NCBI RefSeq assembly: GCF_006345805.1
Contig: NC_042997.1
Span: 134,974,001-135,038,000, forward strand
Length of the DNA stretch: 64,000 bases
From: Octopus sinensis
Taxonomy: Eukaryota
Reading direction: 5' to 3'
The position numbers and the translations under genes were made by a program. Shown piece after piece: positions 25,989 through 37,839 of the stretch; position 1 is the stretch's first letter; each line of letters opens with the position of its first letter. The notes under the pieces are model-generated. The model saw nothing but the letters and a program-made list of their open reading frames with translations, had not been told where the DNA came from and made no database searches.

Positions 25989-27399
25989 TTTAACACAAAA
26001 GATATCAAATACCCGGGCCACTTGAACCGAAGCTTTACGATCATCTCTACTGATCGTGTGTATGTGTGTGTGTTGTGCGCGCGCGCGCGTCTGTGTGCAT
26101 GTGTGTGCACGTGTGCGTGTGTGTATTGCGTGCGCGTGTGTAATTGTGTGTGTATACTTGAATATGTATCGCAGTAGTGAATCTCCGACGTTCGACAGGA
26201 TTCAGTTGTTCGAGCTAATTACCTGATCCTTAATTAACATATAACTGGCCTAGCAAACCACAGACATTTATACCTCCAAGTAATTCTCAACTAGAATCAA
26301 ATGTACCTTTGGAATTACGAGTGAAACTTGTTTGATGTCATTCGGTAATGTTTCCGTTTCCGAGATTCCATTTAGAAAGTATGGGTTAAATCGATGCTAA
26401 AGAAAATGATGCTGACCCGAGATGCTATACAGTCTAACTGAATCCGGCACCTGGCTGGTACGAATAAAAACTATTCCGTAATCATTCGGCCAAACAACGC
26501 ATATACATATGCGCATGCACACGAACACACACACACACTCACATACACACGCACACACATGTACACACACACGCACGCACACACACGCGCGCACACTCAC
26601 ACACACATACAGGCATGCGTATGTGTGTGTATACTTCTATGCATGTGTTTCTGTGATTTTCAGAGCGAAACTCTGCGAAAGTCCTCATAAATATTGATTC
26701 CCACGATTGATCCTCAATTCCTATAGAATCCTACAGTCACCATCTTTTAAATAAGACGTATTATGTGATTTCATTATCTTAGCTTGGCTAAGTCAATCCC
26801 TGTCTAGCCATCATTTGAAACACTCCTACAGGTATGACTGGCGATCTTATAGTATCGTTAACGCGTCGGACATATTGTTTCGACGAAAAGGAAGTCCTAG
26901 TATTAGTTCGACAAAAATAGCGAAGAAATTTCAAAATTGGTTTGTATTAAAATATATGCTTCGTCTATCTCTTGTAAATGACCCAGCCCTAGGCATGAAT
27001 GAAACATGCTTCCAAGATCTCAGAAGGGTATCTCAAACTCGGATCAGAGTTCAAACAACTAGTGGATCGAAAAAGATATCGAGCTTTAACGATATACAAA
27101 CGCTCAGAATTTCTATGCTTGTACCAAAGGACTGAACTGCAAAACACGAGCTTCAACCGATAAAGATGTTCTCAGTACCTTCCTCAGCATCTTTCACAGC
27201 CATAAATATCGAAAGCACCAATTTTTTCATAAATTCTGCGATGCTACCAAATGGATGAAAGAAAGAAAATCGGCTGGTCCAGGGAACATCCTTTTGGAAC
27301 TCACACAGTATAGCATACTCACGCAGAATAGTATACAATGTGTAAGCGCATTTAATAATGTAACTAACTCTGAATTATGAAGCAGGTTTAAATATACGG

Positions 27400-28100
27400 T
27401 ATGAACTTTTGTTGCTTCTCACTATTGAATCTTACGCAATTTCTTACCGTTAGGTCTGTTGTTATTCTGTAAAGTTGGCTCCTTGTTCTTTCATTGACTT
27501 GGATTCTCTTTTTCAATTTATCATGGTATGTCGTTTGAAGAATTTGGCGTATCCTGCAGTTCTTTTTCAGTGTTAGTGCATTTTGAAATATAATATTGTA
27601 GGACACTTCTTTATCTATCTTTTTTATTTCTATTTTGGATTATGAGTCGAAATGTAAAGTAAGACTTTCACTTTTGACTTATTTGTTTGTTTTGTTTGTT
27701 TTATTAGTCTTATTACCTGTTATTAATATTCTTGGCTTGTATTGCATTTTCGATTAAGGATGGTGAAGAATACTGACCAATGAGTATATCGTTTGTTCCT
27801 GAAACTTATGGCACGGATGTTTTCATTGGATACAATTGTGAAGATACTTTTTGCAAGATTATAAGGATATTTATCCTTGTGTGTCTCAGACGGCACAAAT
27901 TGAAAGCTAGATATTGTTTAGAGTCCCCAGATTTGGAGTATATAGCTGTCTCTATTTTGTTGATGACATTTTAATTATGTCTAAAATGGGAGTTGGTCTT
28001 GGCTATATTCCATGTCAAATTGTGTTCCATAAATTTCGTTCTATAAAATGAAAGAATCGTCGAAGTAATTTTTCTGGTACTGTCGTATATTTTTAAGGAA
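27400..28100 (-). pseudogene. Degenerate Penelope-like RT C-terminal remnant
   Basis: Manual minus-strand translation across small breaks gives NKIETAIYSKSGDSKQYLAFNLCRLRHTRINIPYNLAKSIFTIVSNENIR. This resembles the PLE post-RT motif (T.VY.K.T...QYL.F.S.HP.H.K..IPY.LA.RI..IVS). Many stops. Confidence 0.6.
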
Positions 28101-28319
28101 ATTTTCCATATAATAATCGGATAAATTCAAAACTGCTACCATGAAGATTAATTTAATTTAATTCATTTCAGTTTCCCTTTTCCCATTCCACGAAGAAATC
28201 GTTATATACAACTGATTGCATATTTTAATGAAAATGTAAATATTTTGTCCCTTTATTCATGATACAGTTCTCAAAACATTTCCCCTTTTGTTTTTAATAT
28301 AAATTTTCTCGTGTTAATT

Positions 28320-28537
28320 CCAGTAACATTTTCAAATTTAAATTTACAAAAACAAAAGACGAAGACAGGTGAATAAACAACACAAAAGTGTATTAGTTTG
28401 ACGCTGGAGAAGACTGGAAAAGTCTTTGACGTTTCGAGCCTATGCTCTTCGAGAGAAAGGATTGAGAGGAGAAAATTGGAAAGAACGAAAAAACAGAAAG
28501 AGAAAAATATGTAAGGATTAAGGCTTCAACATGATGA

Positions 28538-28545
<8 letters not shown>
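28320..28545 (-). mobile_element. Same pseudo-LTR family as 9430-9770, with a degenerate minimal hammerhead (28423-28459)
   Basis: Minus strand reads CTTT-CTCTCGA-A-GAGC-ATAG-GCTC-GAAAC-GTC-AAAG. The downstream sequence matches 9660-9740. Confidence 0.65.
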
Positions 28546-28623
<78 letters not shown>

Positions 28624-28774
28624 AATATAAGAGAGTGGTCAATATATTGCTCACTCTAGCACCAGTTAATCCAAAAGGTTTCAACCACGAAGATACATGT
28701 TTCCCATGAAAGCCAGTACGACTGTTAGCTCACACGGACAGGGCAAGTAAAAAATAACAAAAATACAGATTATT

Positions 28775-28852
28775 TTGGGACAATTGTTTCGCTATTAATG
28801 AATTAAATGTAATATTACTTACAAAAAAATCCATTTGTAGCTCGTCAGCCAA
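28775..28852 (-). ncRNA. Type I hammerhead ribozyme motif, minus-strand copy (second copy 29310-29387)
   Basis: Reverse complement of the 29611-29688 motif, in the left arm of the array. Confidence 0.85.
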
Positions 28853-29610
28853 GACTATCTGGATGAAATCCACTCAATCACACGCCAGATTTTACCATAA
28901 CGATAAATACGCGTGTGGTTCAATTGATTACATCCGACGTTATAATTCAAATGCCCCAACCAACAGCGCGCCAAACTTTCACGGAAAACAAATACAGCAT
29001 TTAGAAATAAATGCAGCATAATTATAATTAATTAATAAGGGTGAGAGAATTAGATACTAATTTAATAGTATATTTATTCAACACCAAGTGGCCTAGTGCT
29101 ACGAGAAACCTGGATTATTATAATATTTTATAACATATTACAATACTTTTACAAAACAAATATAAGAGAGTGGTCAATATATTGCTCACTCTAGCACCAG
29201 TTAATCCAAAAGGTTTCAACCACGAAGATACATGTTTCCCATGAAAGCCAGTACGACTGTTAGCTCACACGGACAGGGCAAGTAAAAAATAACAAAAATA
29301 CAGATTATTTTGGGACAATTGTTTCGCTATTAATGAATTAAATGTAATATTACTTACAAAAAAATCCATTTGTAGCTCGTCAGCCAAGACTATCTGGATG
29401 AAATCCACTCAATCACACGCCAGATTTTACCATAACGATAAATACGCGTGTGGTTCAATTGATTACATCCGACGTTATAATTCAAATGCCCCAACCAACA
29501 GCGCGCCAAACTTTCACGGAAAACAAATACAGCATTTAGAAATAAATGCAGCATAATTATAATTAATTAAAAATCTGGCGTGTGATTGAGTGGATTTCAT
29601 CCAGATAGTC

Positions 29611-29688
29611 TTGGCTGACGAGCTACAAATGGATTTTTTTGTAAGTAATATTACATTTAATTCATTAATAGCGAAACAATTGTCCCAA
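29611..29688 (+). ncRNA. Type I hammerhead ribozyme motif (also at 30146-30223, 30681-30758, 31216-31293)
   Basis: Reads TTGG-CTGACGA-GCTA[43 nt]TAGC-GAAA-C-AATT-G-TC-CCAA. Stem I is TTGG/CCAA, the core is CUGACGA...GAAA, stem II is GCTA/TAGC, and stem III is palindromic (ACAATTGT). The cleavage triplet is GUC, with a predicted cut after 29684. Confidence 0.85.
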
Positions 29689-31576
29689 AATAATCTGTAT
29701 TTTTGTTATTTTTTACTTGCCCTGTCCGTGTGAGCTAACAGTCGTACTGGCTTTCATGGGAAACATGTATCTTCGTGGTTGAAACCTTTTGGATTAACTG
29801 GTGCTAGAGTGAGCAATATATTGACCACTCTCTTATATTTGTTTTGTAAAAGTATTGTAATATGTTATAAAATATTATAATAATCCAGGTTTCTCGTAGC
29901 ACTAGGCCACTTGGTGTTGAATAAATATACTATTAAATTAGTATCTAATTCTCTCACCCTTATTAATTAATTATAATTATGCTGCATTTATTTCTAAATG
30001 CTGTATTTGTTTTCCGTGAAAGTTTGGCGCGCTGTTGGTTGGGGCATTTGAATTATAACGTCGGATGTAATCAATTGAACCACACGCGTATTTATCGTTA
30101 TGGTAAAATCTGGCGTGTGATTGAGTGGATTTCATCCAGATAGTCTTGGCTGACGAGCTACAAATGGATTTTTTTGTAAGTAATATTACATTTAATTCAT
30201 TAATAGCGAAACAATTGTCCCAAAATAATCTGTATTTTTGTTATTTTTTACTTGCCCTGTCCGTGTGAGCTAACAGTCGTACTGGCTTTCATGGGAAACA
30301 TGTATCTTCGTGGTTGAAACCTTTTGGATTAACTGGTGCTAGAGTGAGCAATATATTGACCACTCTCTTATATTTGTTTTGTAAAAGTATTGTAATATGT
30401 TATAAAATATTATAATAATCCAGGTTTCTCGTAGCACTAGGCCACTTGGTGTTGAATAAATATACTATTAAATTAGTATCTAATTCTCTCACCCTTATTA
30501 ATTAATTATAATTATGCTGCATTTATTTCTAAATGCTGTATTTGTTTTCCGTGAAAGTTTGGCGCGCTGTTGGTTGGGGCATTTGAATTATAACGTCGGA
30601 TGTAATCAATTGAACCACACGCGTATTTATCGTTATGGTAAAATCTGGCGTGTGATTGAGTGGATTTCATCCAGATAGTCTTGGCTGACGAGCTACAAAT
30701 GGATTTTTTTGTAAGTAATATTACATTTAATTCATTAATAGCGAAACAATTGTCCCAAAATAATCTGTATTTTTGTTATTTTTTACTTGCCCTGTCCGTG
30801 TGAGCTAACAGTCGTACTGGCTTTCATGGGAAACATGTATCTTCGTGGTTGAAACCTTTTGGATTAACTGGTGCTAGAGTGAGCAATATATTGACCACTC
30901 TCTTATATTTGTTTTGTAAAAGTATTGTAATATGTTATAAAATATTATAATAATCCAGGTTTCTCGTAGCACTAGGCCACTTGGTGTTGAATAAATATAC
31001 TATTAAATTAGTATCTAATTCTCTCACCCTTATTAATTAATTATAATTATGCTGCATTTATTTCTAAATGCTGTATTTGTTTTCCGTGAAAGTTTGGCGC
31101 GCTGTTGGTTGGGGCATTTGAATTATAACGTCGGATGTAATCAATTGAACCACACGCGTATTTATCGTTATGGTAAAATCTGGCGTGTGATTGAGTGGAT
31201 TTCATCCAGATAGTCTTGGCTGACGAGCTACAAATGGATTTTTTTGTAAGTAATATTACATTTAATTCATTAATAGCGAAACAATTGTCCCAAAATAATC
31301 TGTATTTTTGTTATTTTTTACTTGCCCTGTCCGTGTGAGCTAACAGTCGTACTGGCTTTCATGGGAAACATGTATCTTCGTGGTTGAAACCTTTTGGATT
31401 AACTGGTGCTAGAGTGAGCAATATATTGACCACTCTCTTATATTTGTTTTGTAAAAGTATTGTAATATGTTATAAAATATTATAATAATCCAGGTTTCTC
31501 GTAGCACTAGGCCACTTGGTGTTGAATAAATATACTATTAAATTAGTATCTAATTCTCTCACCCTTATTAATTAAT

Positions 31577-31609
<33 letters not shown>

Positions 31610-31627
31610 ATGTATATGTATGTATAT

Positions 31628-32017
31628 GTGAAGTACATTTGCCATTTGAATGTGGCTAACCACTAAGAGTGGATGCTACTGTAGCAAGTAGCCCAGGTGA
31701 ACATCTCCAACTGGCTATTGACACACTTTCTGTGCCATTTTTGTCACTGGAGAAATAATTTATGTGTTTGCATTGAGACCCCTTCGCATCGAAGACCGGT
31801 GATTGTCGTGCGCTGACGACGGGTAAATACCAAAAAATTCGGTTCCGTGCGTATCACGTCAGGTCGTCGATGGGAAGGTTGGTCTCCCTTTGCAAATACC
31901 GATGGGGCATAGAAAGTGTGTCAATAGCCAGCTGCAGAAGATGTTCTCCTGGGGCTACAAGCTACAGCAGCATCCACCCTTAGTGGTTAGCCGCATTCAA
32001 ATGCAAATATACATCAC
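31628..32017. mobile_element. MITE with about 110-bp imperfect TIRs
   Basis: GTGAAGTACATTTGCCATTTGAATGTGGCTAACCACTAAG...CACACTTTCTGTGCC is mirrored by GGCATAGAAAGTGTG...CTTAGTGGTTAGCCGCATTCAAATGCAAATATACATCAC. Confidence 0.85.
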
Positions 32018-33028
32018 GTTGTCGTGCAGCTACTGTTTATACATCGTTCAGAGATTTATTATGTATGTATATATGTATAAAAAAATATATGTATATGTAC
32101 ATATATACATATATGTATGCACACATGTTTATATATGTAGAGAGGGGGGAGAGTAAGAGAGAGAGAGGAGAGAAGCACAAAAGCAGGTGAATTATGCTAT
32201 GCATTTTAAATTCGCTTGCTCGCGTTTCGTAGGCGTTGGTATTACATAATCCTGTGATTTATTAATCATGTACACTCATCGATTCTTTTTTATTGACTAG
32301 GATTATACGTAGCTCGATAAATTGACGCCAACACATCCTTCACAAAATTTCATCATACAGATTGGAATAGAAAACAAAAGACATTTTAAGGGAGCTAAAT
32401 AATTTTAAATAAACTTTTTGTCAAAACAAGTGGCGAATGTTTGTGCCAGCAAACCTACTGAAAGTAGTATTCAGATACTATATGGGAAACTTCTCACCAC
32501 GCTTAAACTATTATTCACCTCACAAATATAGCCGAAGCCCTTCATAAGGTATGTCATATAGTTCACAATGGGATGTCATCTGATCATTGTCAATGTAAAT
32601 ATAGGCTTTGGGTGGAAGACGAATTACAGTGAATCGCAAAATCAATAATCAGTAAATTATTTACAAATGGATAGATTCTGTTTAGAAGAGAAGTTTAAAT
32701 TTGAGGATGATGGCAGTACGGTTACGATAATCAATGCTAAAAACTTAATTCAAAATTAATTAGAAATAAGTTGAAAATAAAAACAAGAATATATTGAGTA
32801 AATCGAAATAAATGAAAAAAATGAAACTTAAAATTAATAGAAAGATAATTAAATATTGAAAAATAATTTTCTAAAACGGAAAATAATTGAAAAATAATTA
32901 AATAATCTAACTATAGAGTTTTAGGATTTAAATACTATTAACAAAAATAACAACAACAACAATAATAATAATAATAATAATAACAATAATAATAATAATA
33001 AAAATAATAATAAAAATAATAATAATAA

Positions 33029-33343
33029 TGCCAGTGATTGTACGAGCACTTGGAATGGTGAGAAAAGGAAGTGAAAACTATTTAAGAATGATCCCCTGGC
33101 TTACCATCCATGCAGGAAGTCCAAAATTGAGAAGAGCATTGTCGCTTTGAATTTTCTTTCCTTTTTCTTCCTGTATTTTATTCATTTACTTTTTTATTTT
33201 TTTATTTTTTTCTCTGATTTCCCTTTTTTCTCTGTCACATGACTTTGTTTATTTTAATGACCTACCAAAATATACAGTGCGTTTCTCTCCTCTAGGTGTC
33301 AGGAAGACACTCGCGAAGAAATGGAAATAGAATTGAAAGATGC

Positions 33344-33376
<33 letters not shown>

Positions 33377-34600
33377 TAATAATAAAAATTTACTTGACCT
33401 CTAACTCTCCTCAGTTTTTTATGTCCATATGTCTGATGTTCCCATCAGACATTTTACCTCGTGACATTTCCCAAATTTCCTTCTTTTCATCTTACTGAAG
33501 ATGTATGTGAAATTGAATCGTGGGCTTGGTTAAAAAAGGAGCAATTAAAAAAACAATTACAGAGCCTAATTGTAGCAGCCTGTGATCAAGTGATAAAAAC
33601 AAACAACTTGAGAAAAAATATATATCGAGCCAATTTCAGAAAAATACAGAGCCTGTGGAACTTGAAAGGAGACAGTGGTACACATTGTGGAAGAATGCCT
33701 CAAGATGGCACAGGAAGAATATAAAAAATTGAGGCACGAGCAGGTTGTAAAAGTTTTACACTGGAAACTGTGCCAAAAATGAGGATTTTAAGTTGGAAAC
33801 ACATGGTAAAATCACCGAGTCGAAAGAGTACTTAAGTCGGAGAAACGTAAGATTTTGTGGGACTTTCCTATTCAAATGGACAAGAAGTTAGAAAATTATT
33901 GACCGGACATAGCAATTATAGATAAGGAAAAACAAATTTGCTTATTAATCGACCCATTGTGCCTGTTTGATTTCAGGATCGTAAAAAGGAAGAAAAATAC
34001 AATCCCTTAGATTTTGAAATAGGAAGAATTTGGAGCATGAGAACAGTAAAGGTCATGTTTATAATAATTGGTACGTTGGGAACAGTAATCAAAGATATAG
34101 ACAAGTGACCGAAGGAGAATAGAATAGAATGCCCGGTAGAACTCCTACAAAAATTTGTTCCTTAGGAATAGCACGGATTATCATGAGGGTTCTGAGCACT
34201 TGAAAGACTGCTAAAATCTTGTGGGTACCTAAGGTTATAGGTAGTAACCCGCTAATAACATAAATCTTACCAGCAATAAGCCCGAATCGCAAACAAACCA
34301 AAATAATAATAGCATTCGAGATAGCATGACAAGAGGATCAAAGAGAAAGAAGAAACATTGAACAATTACAACGATTTGAAGTGGGAAATACGAAGGCTGT
34401 AGTCAATGAGATGAGCAGACGCGATACTAATAGTAAGCGGTGCTCTTGTAAGTATCAGCACTCAACTACCAACATGGCTCAAAATAATTGGTACAAATGT
34501 AAAGATAAAACACCCACGAAAATCAACTTTGCTTGAAACTGCAAGAATTCTTCGCAGGGTTCTTGAAGCATTACCAGTAAACAAGTGTCACCTTAGTCTG
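33029..34600 (+). mobile_element. Cluster of degenerate R4/Dong-like endonuclease-region fragments separated by (TAA)n
   Basis: 33470-34200 reads QSLIVAACDQVIKTN, LRHEQVVKVLHWKLCQ, KILWDFPIQ..PDIAIIDK..LLID, FIIIGTLG. Further 3'-end pieces lie at 33029-33140 and 34300-34600 (LLETARILRRVL). (TAA)n tracts at about 32960, 33345 and 34640. Confidence 0.8.
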
Positions 34601-34668
34601 CTGACTGTGGACAGCTGACTCTTTCATACCCAGCAAATAATAGTAATAACAACAACAACAATAATGAA

Positions 34669-34703
<35 letters not shown>

Positions 34704-35639
34704 CGGCGACGACGACGACGATGATGATGGTAATGATAATGATGATAAAAGTAATAAAATAACAATTATGACAATAGTAATATATACAATAACAATAAAA
34801 TTTAGAAGAATAAGTAAAAGAATTTTGAAGACATAAATAATGCCATTTCTATTATGTAAGATAAATTAAGTATACTAGACCGAAAAGCCACTGCTAACCC
34901 ATTATATTAAGGTGCACTAATCATTGCTCCATTTCTTAAGGAAAGATTTAAAGCTTCTTCAAAATAAGTGTAAATATCTTTACATTAATTCATTTCTTTT
35001 ATTTAACATGTTGCATTTGGATGTAAGGCTATGCAGTGTCTCCCCATCGGGTAAGTTGCATTATTTTAATTCACCACCATTATACGGTAGTGCACTAGTT
35101 ATAGACCATTAAATATTATAGACCAACTTTCCTCTCTCCAAAGGAATTGAAGCATTAAAACTTTTTATCTAAATTTAAATTATGACTATACAATTTTGAC
35201 TTGAAATCATTTCTGTATTTTAACTGAACATTTGTAAACTAAGTTCTTTCTTAAGTATTGGTTATCCAGTGGATATTTTAGGCGATTTTGACAGTTACAT
35301 AAACGTATCAGCCTGTTATTGCGAGATTTCAATTTGAAATGTTTATATTTCATCTATCCTCATTATTAGCTGTTGAGCTAGGAATCTCATCTATATTAAA
35401 TTATGAAACATCTTATATACACCCGATTTCCTTATATGAACTGAACGTTTCAAAATTATAATGTGTAACCTTAGGTAGGTTTTAATCACTATTTTTTCCT
35501 TTAAAATATAATTACTACTACTGTGATCACTACTGCCAATATCATTACTCACAACATTATTAGTGTCACTACTATATAGACAAATGGTCGAATGAGGTTG
35601 GAATAGAATGCCCAGTAGATCTACAAACAGTTTGTTCCT

Positions 35640-36700
35640 AAGGGACTGCAAGGATTATGAGGAGGGTTCAATGTTATTATTATTGCTACTACTATCCCTA
35701 CCGATATTAAATGAGTTGGTTATATCATTTTCAATAAACACTTTTAACTTCTTTGAATTATGTGCTGAATAAGCAAATGTAACCGTATATAAATAGCTTA
35801 ACCAGGATTCCTTGGTGGCGGGAAATGCTTTGCCAGAGCAATGAAAAGAAATTCCTTGTACACTTTCTAGCATTAGTCCTAGAATTGCTATTTTTTTAAT
35901 GTATATTGTTATTAGTAAATACCTGAGGGGAATCATATTTCTCTTGTTGGTTCAAGTCTTATTATTTTCATTTCCATTATGATATCTACTAGTCTTTTTA
36001 TCATAAGAAAAACCGTTATTATCACTTCTTTTTTATCCACATTACTACTATCAATACTACTATCGTTACTACTATCAATACCATTAGTGTTATCCTATTA
36101 CGACTATGTTTAGATTTTATAATAATTTTATTAAAAGTAATTTGACCCTCTAGGTTCCCACTGCTATTTTCACTTTTTATATCACTGTTTCTGTTCATTT
36201 TTGTTCGAAGTTGCATATCTTATTTTGATCTTCCTTTCTCTAGTTAATAAATCTCATTGTATTGTCCGTTTCGTTAAAGTGTGCCCTAATAATTTCATTA
36301 TTACTATTATGGTGATCTCTATCACTATTCATCAATTCCCTTACTTTTTTATCCTTGTGTATCTTTTCTCGCACCATTAGCAATATAATAAATGTTTTGT
36401 GTATAACCAAATTTAGCTACGGCTCAGTTATAGAATTTTATGTTTTGTTTAAATATTTTGTAAGCATGAGTTACTTTATAGATTCTAAGATAGACGATCC
36501 TAACGATAGAATTTATAATTGTTTTTGGATGATTACATTTTAGACTTATGTATTTGAGGTTCCCATTTGTTTTGTGGTATGGATGATGTAGCTCCGTACT
36601 CAGTTCTAAAGAAACATCCAGGAAATTATCTTTTTTCACGTCCCTCTCTAAGGAACCTTAATACACTTATAAACAGTAAATAGAGCATCATCCCTATATA
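35640..36700 (-). pseudogene. Degenerate Penelope-like element (RT end to GIY-YIG region)
   Basis: NFLDVSLELSTELHHPYHKTNGNLKYISLKCNHPKTIINSIV matches the PLE pattern FLDV.L.L....Y.PY.K.N..L.YI...SNHP..II. The rest is heavily disrupted. Confidence 0.65.
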
Positions 36701-37099
36701 CTTCCCACCAGCTTTGAAAATTCTTGTTTAGACATTTTAATGGGAGCCACTCAGGCAGCACCGGCATCGACCACACTCAAATGGTGCTTTTTACGTGCCA
36801 CCAGCACAAGTGCCTACTAACATGTTACTTGAGCTGAGTCGCTGTACCCCATCGCTACATCAAAACTATTTGATCCGTCACTTCTGAATTTTCAACCATA
36901 TTCTGTGACCATATACAGAATTTACTAGGCGTATGAACTTCGTATATAGAAGCAGGACAAGCAGTGGATTGCAAAGACTTTCACTAACCAATTTGACTAG
37001 ACAGGCTTACCTCCTACAGCGTGCTTAAAAAGTATTCACCTGGATTTTAAAATCTTTTTCTTGCATACAGACCTATGTCTGATAAAGTTTGTACATAAG

Positions 37100-37153
37100 T
37101 AGATAGATAGGTAGGTAGGTAGATAGAAAGACAGATAGATAGATAGATAGATT

Positions 37154-37217
<64 letters not shown>
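37100..37217. repeat. (GATA)n microsatellite (others at about 2485-2537 and 46410-46503)
   Basis: Seen directly in the sequence. Confidence 0.95.
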
Positions 37218-37527
37218 TGTGCAAGTGGGTATGTGGGAGAGAGAGAGAAAGAGAGAAAAGCAGAAAGCAAATGTAGCCGCTTCGTATATATCGGTCTTCG
37301 CCACCGAGTAATTTACGCTAAACTGGCAACATAATTTCTGCATTGGTTTCTAAGGTAACTTGCTTCTAAATTGCTAATTTGAGATAGTTACTTATAACAG
37401 AATTAAGCAATGACACGACTGAGTAATTTTTCATTACTTTCGGGAACTCGTTTTCCATTTAAAAAGAAATTACTTTTCTCTTCATATTTCATATTCTTAA
37501 ATATTAAGAACGTGAGTTGTCATTATC

Positions 37528-37600
<73 letters not shown>

Positions 37601-37604
<4 letters not shown>

Positions 37605-37771
37605 ATCCAAACAAGAAAGCCCAAAAAAACACAACAACGCGAGGACGTGGAACAAATATAGTATTATTGGACGCTCAGGAAAGAAGGAAGGAAGGAGGGT
37701 TTAACGTTTCGATCGGAGCTCTTCGTCGGAAACATAAGAGAAGGAAAGATCCAGAGAAGGGAAGACAGAGG

Positions 37772-37773
<2 letters not shown>
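37601..37773 (-). mobile_element. 173-bp pseudo-LTR-like insert within (TA)n, with a degenerate minimal hammerhead (37699-37733)
   Basis: Bounded by (TA)n on both sides. Minus strand reads GTTT-CCGACGA-A-GAGCTCCGATC-GAAAC-GTT-AAAC. Confidence 0.6.

Positions 37774-37839
<66 letters not shown>

Larger units (their letters stand above)
28618..31580. repeat. 535-bp tandem array with an internal inversion, flanked by (TA)n
   Basis: ACAAATATAAGAGAG recurs at 28621 and 29156 (period 535). The orientation flips at 29570, after which AAATCTGGCG recurs at 29571, 30106, 30641 and 31176. No differences between copies were found by eye. (TA)n tracts lie at both ends. Confidence 0.97.

Noticed and set aside
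26815-27340. 106-aa plus-strand ORF and neighbouring ORFs in non-repetitive sequence
   Set aside because: No recognisable domain or splice structure; probably old TE-derived sequence.
28618-31580. CRISPR-like or coding interpretation of the array (including an LKPFGLT peptide reminiscent of PLE C-termini)
   Set aside because: The units are long and identical with no unique spacers, and the context is eukaryotic. The peptide lies in a frame of under 50 codons with no GIY-YIG motif.
31822-31850. CTGACGA inside the MITE
   Set aside because: No stem II followed by GAAA and no UH site, so it is not a hammerhead.
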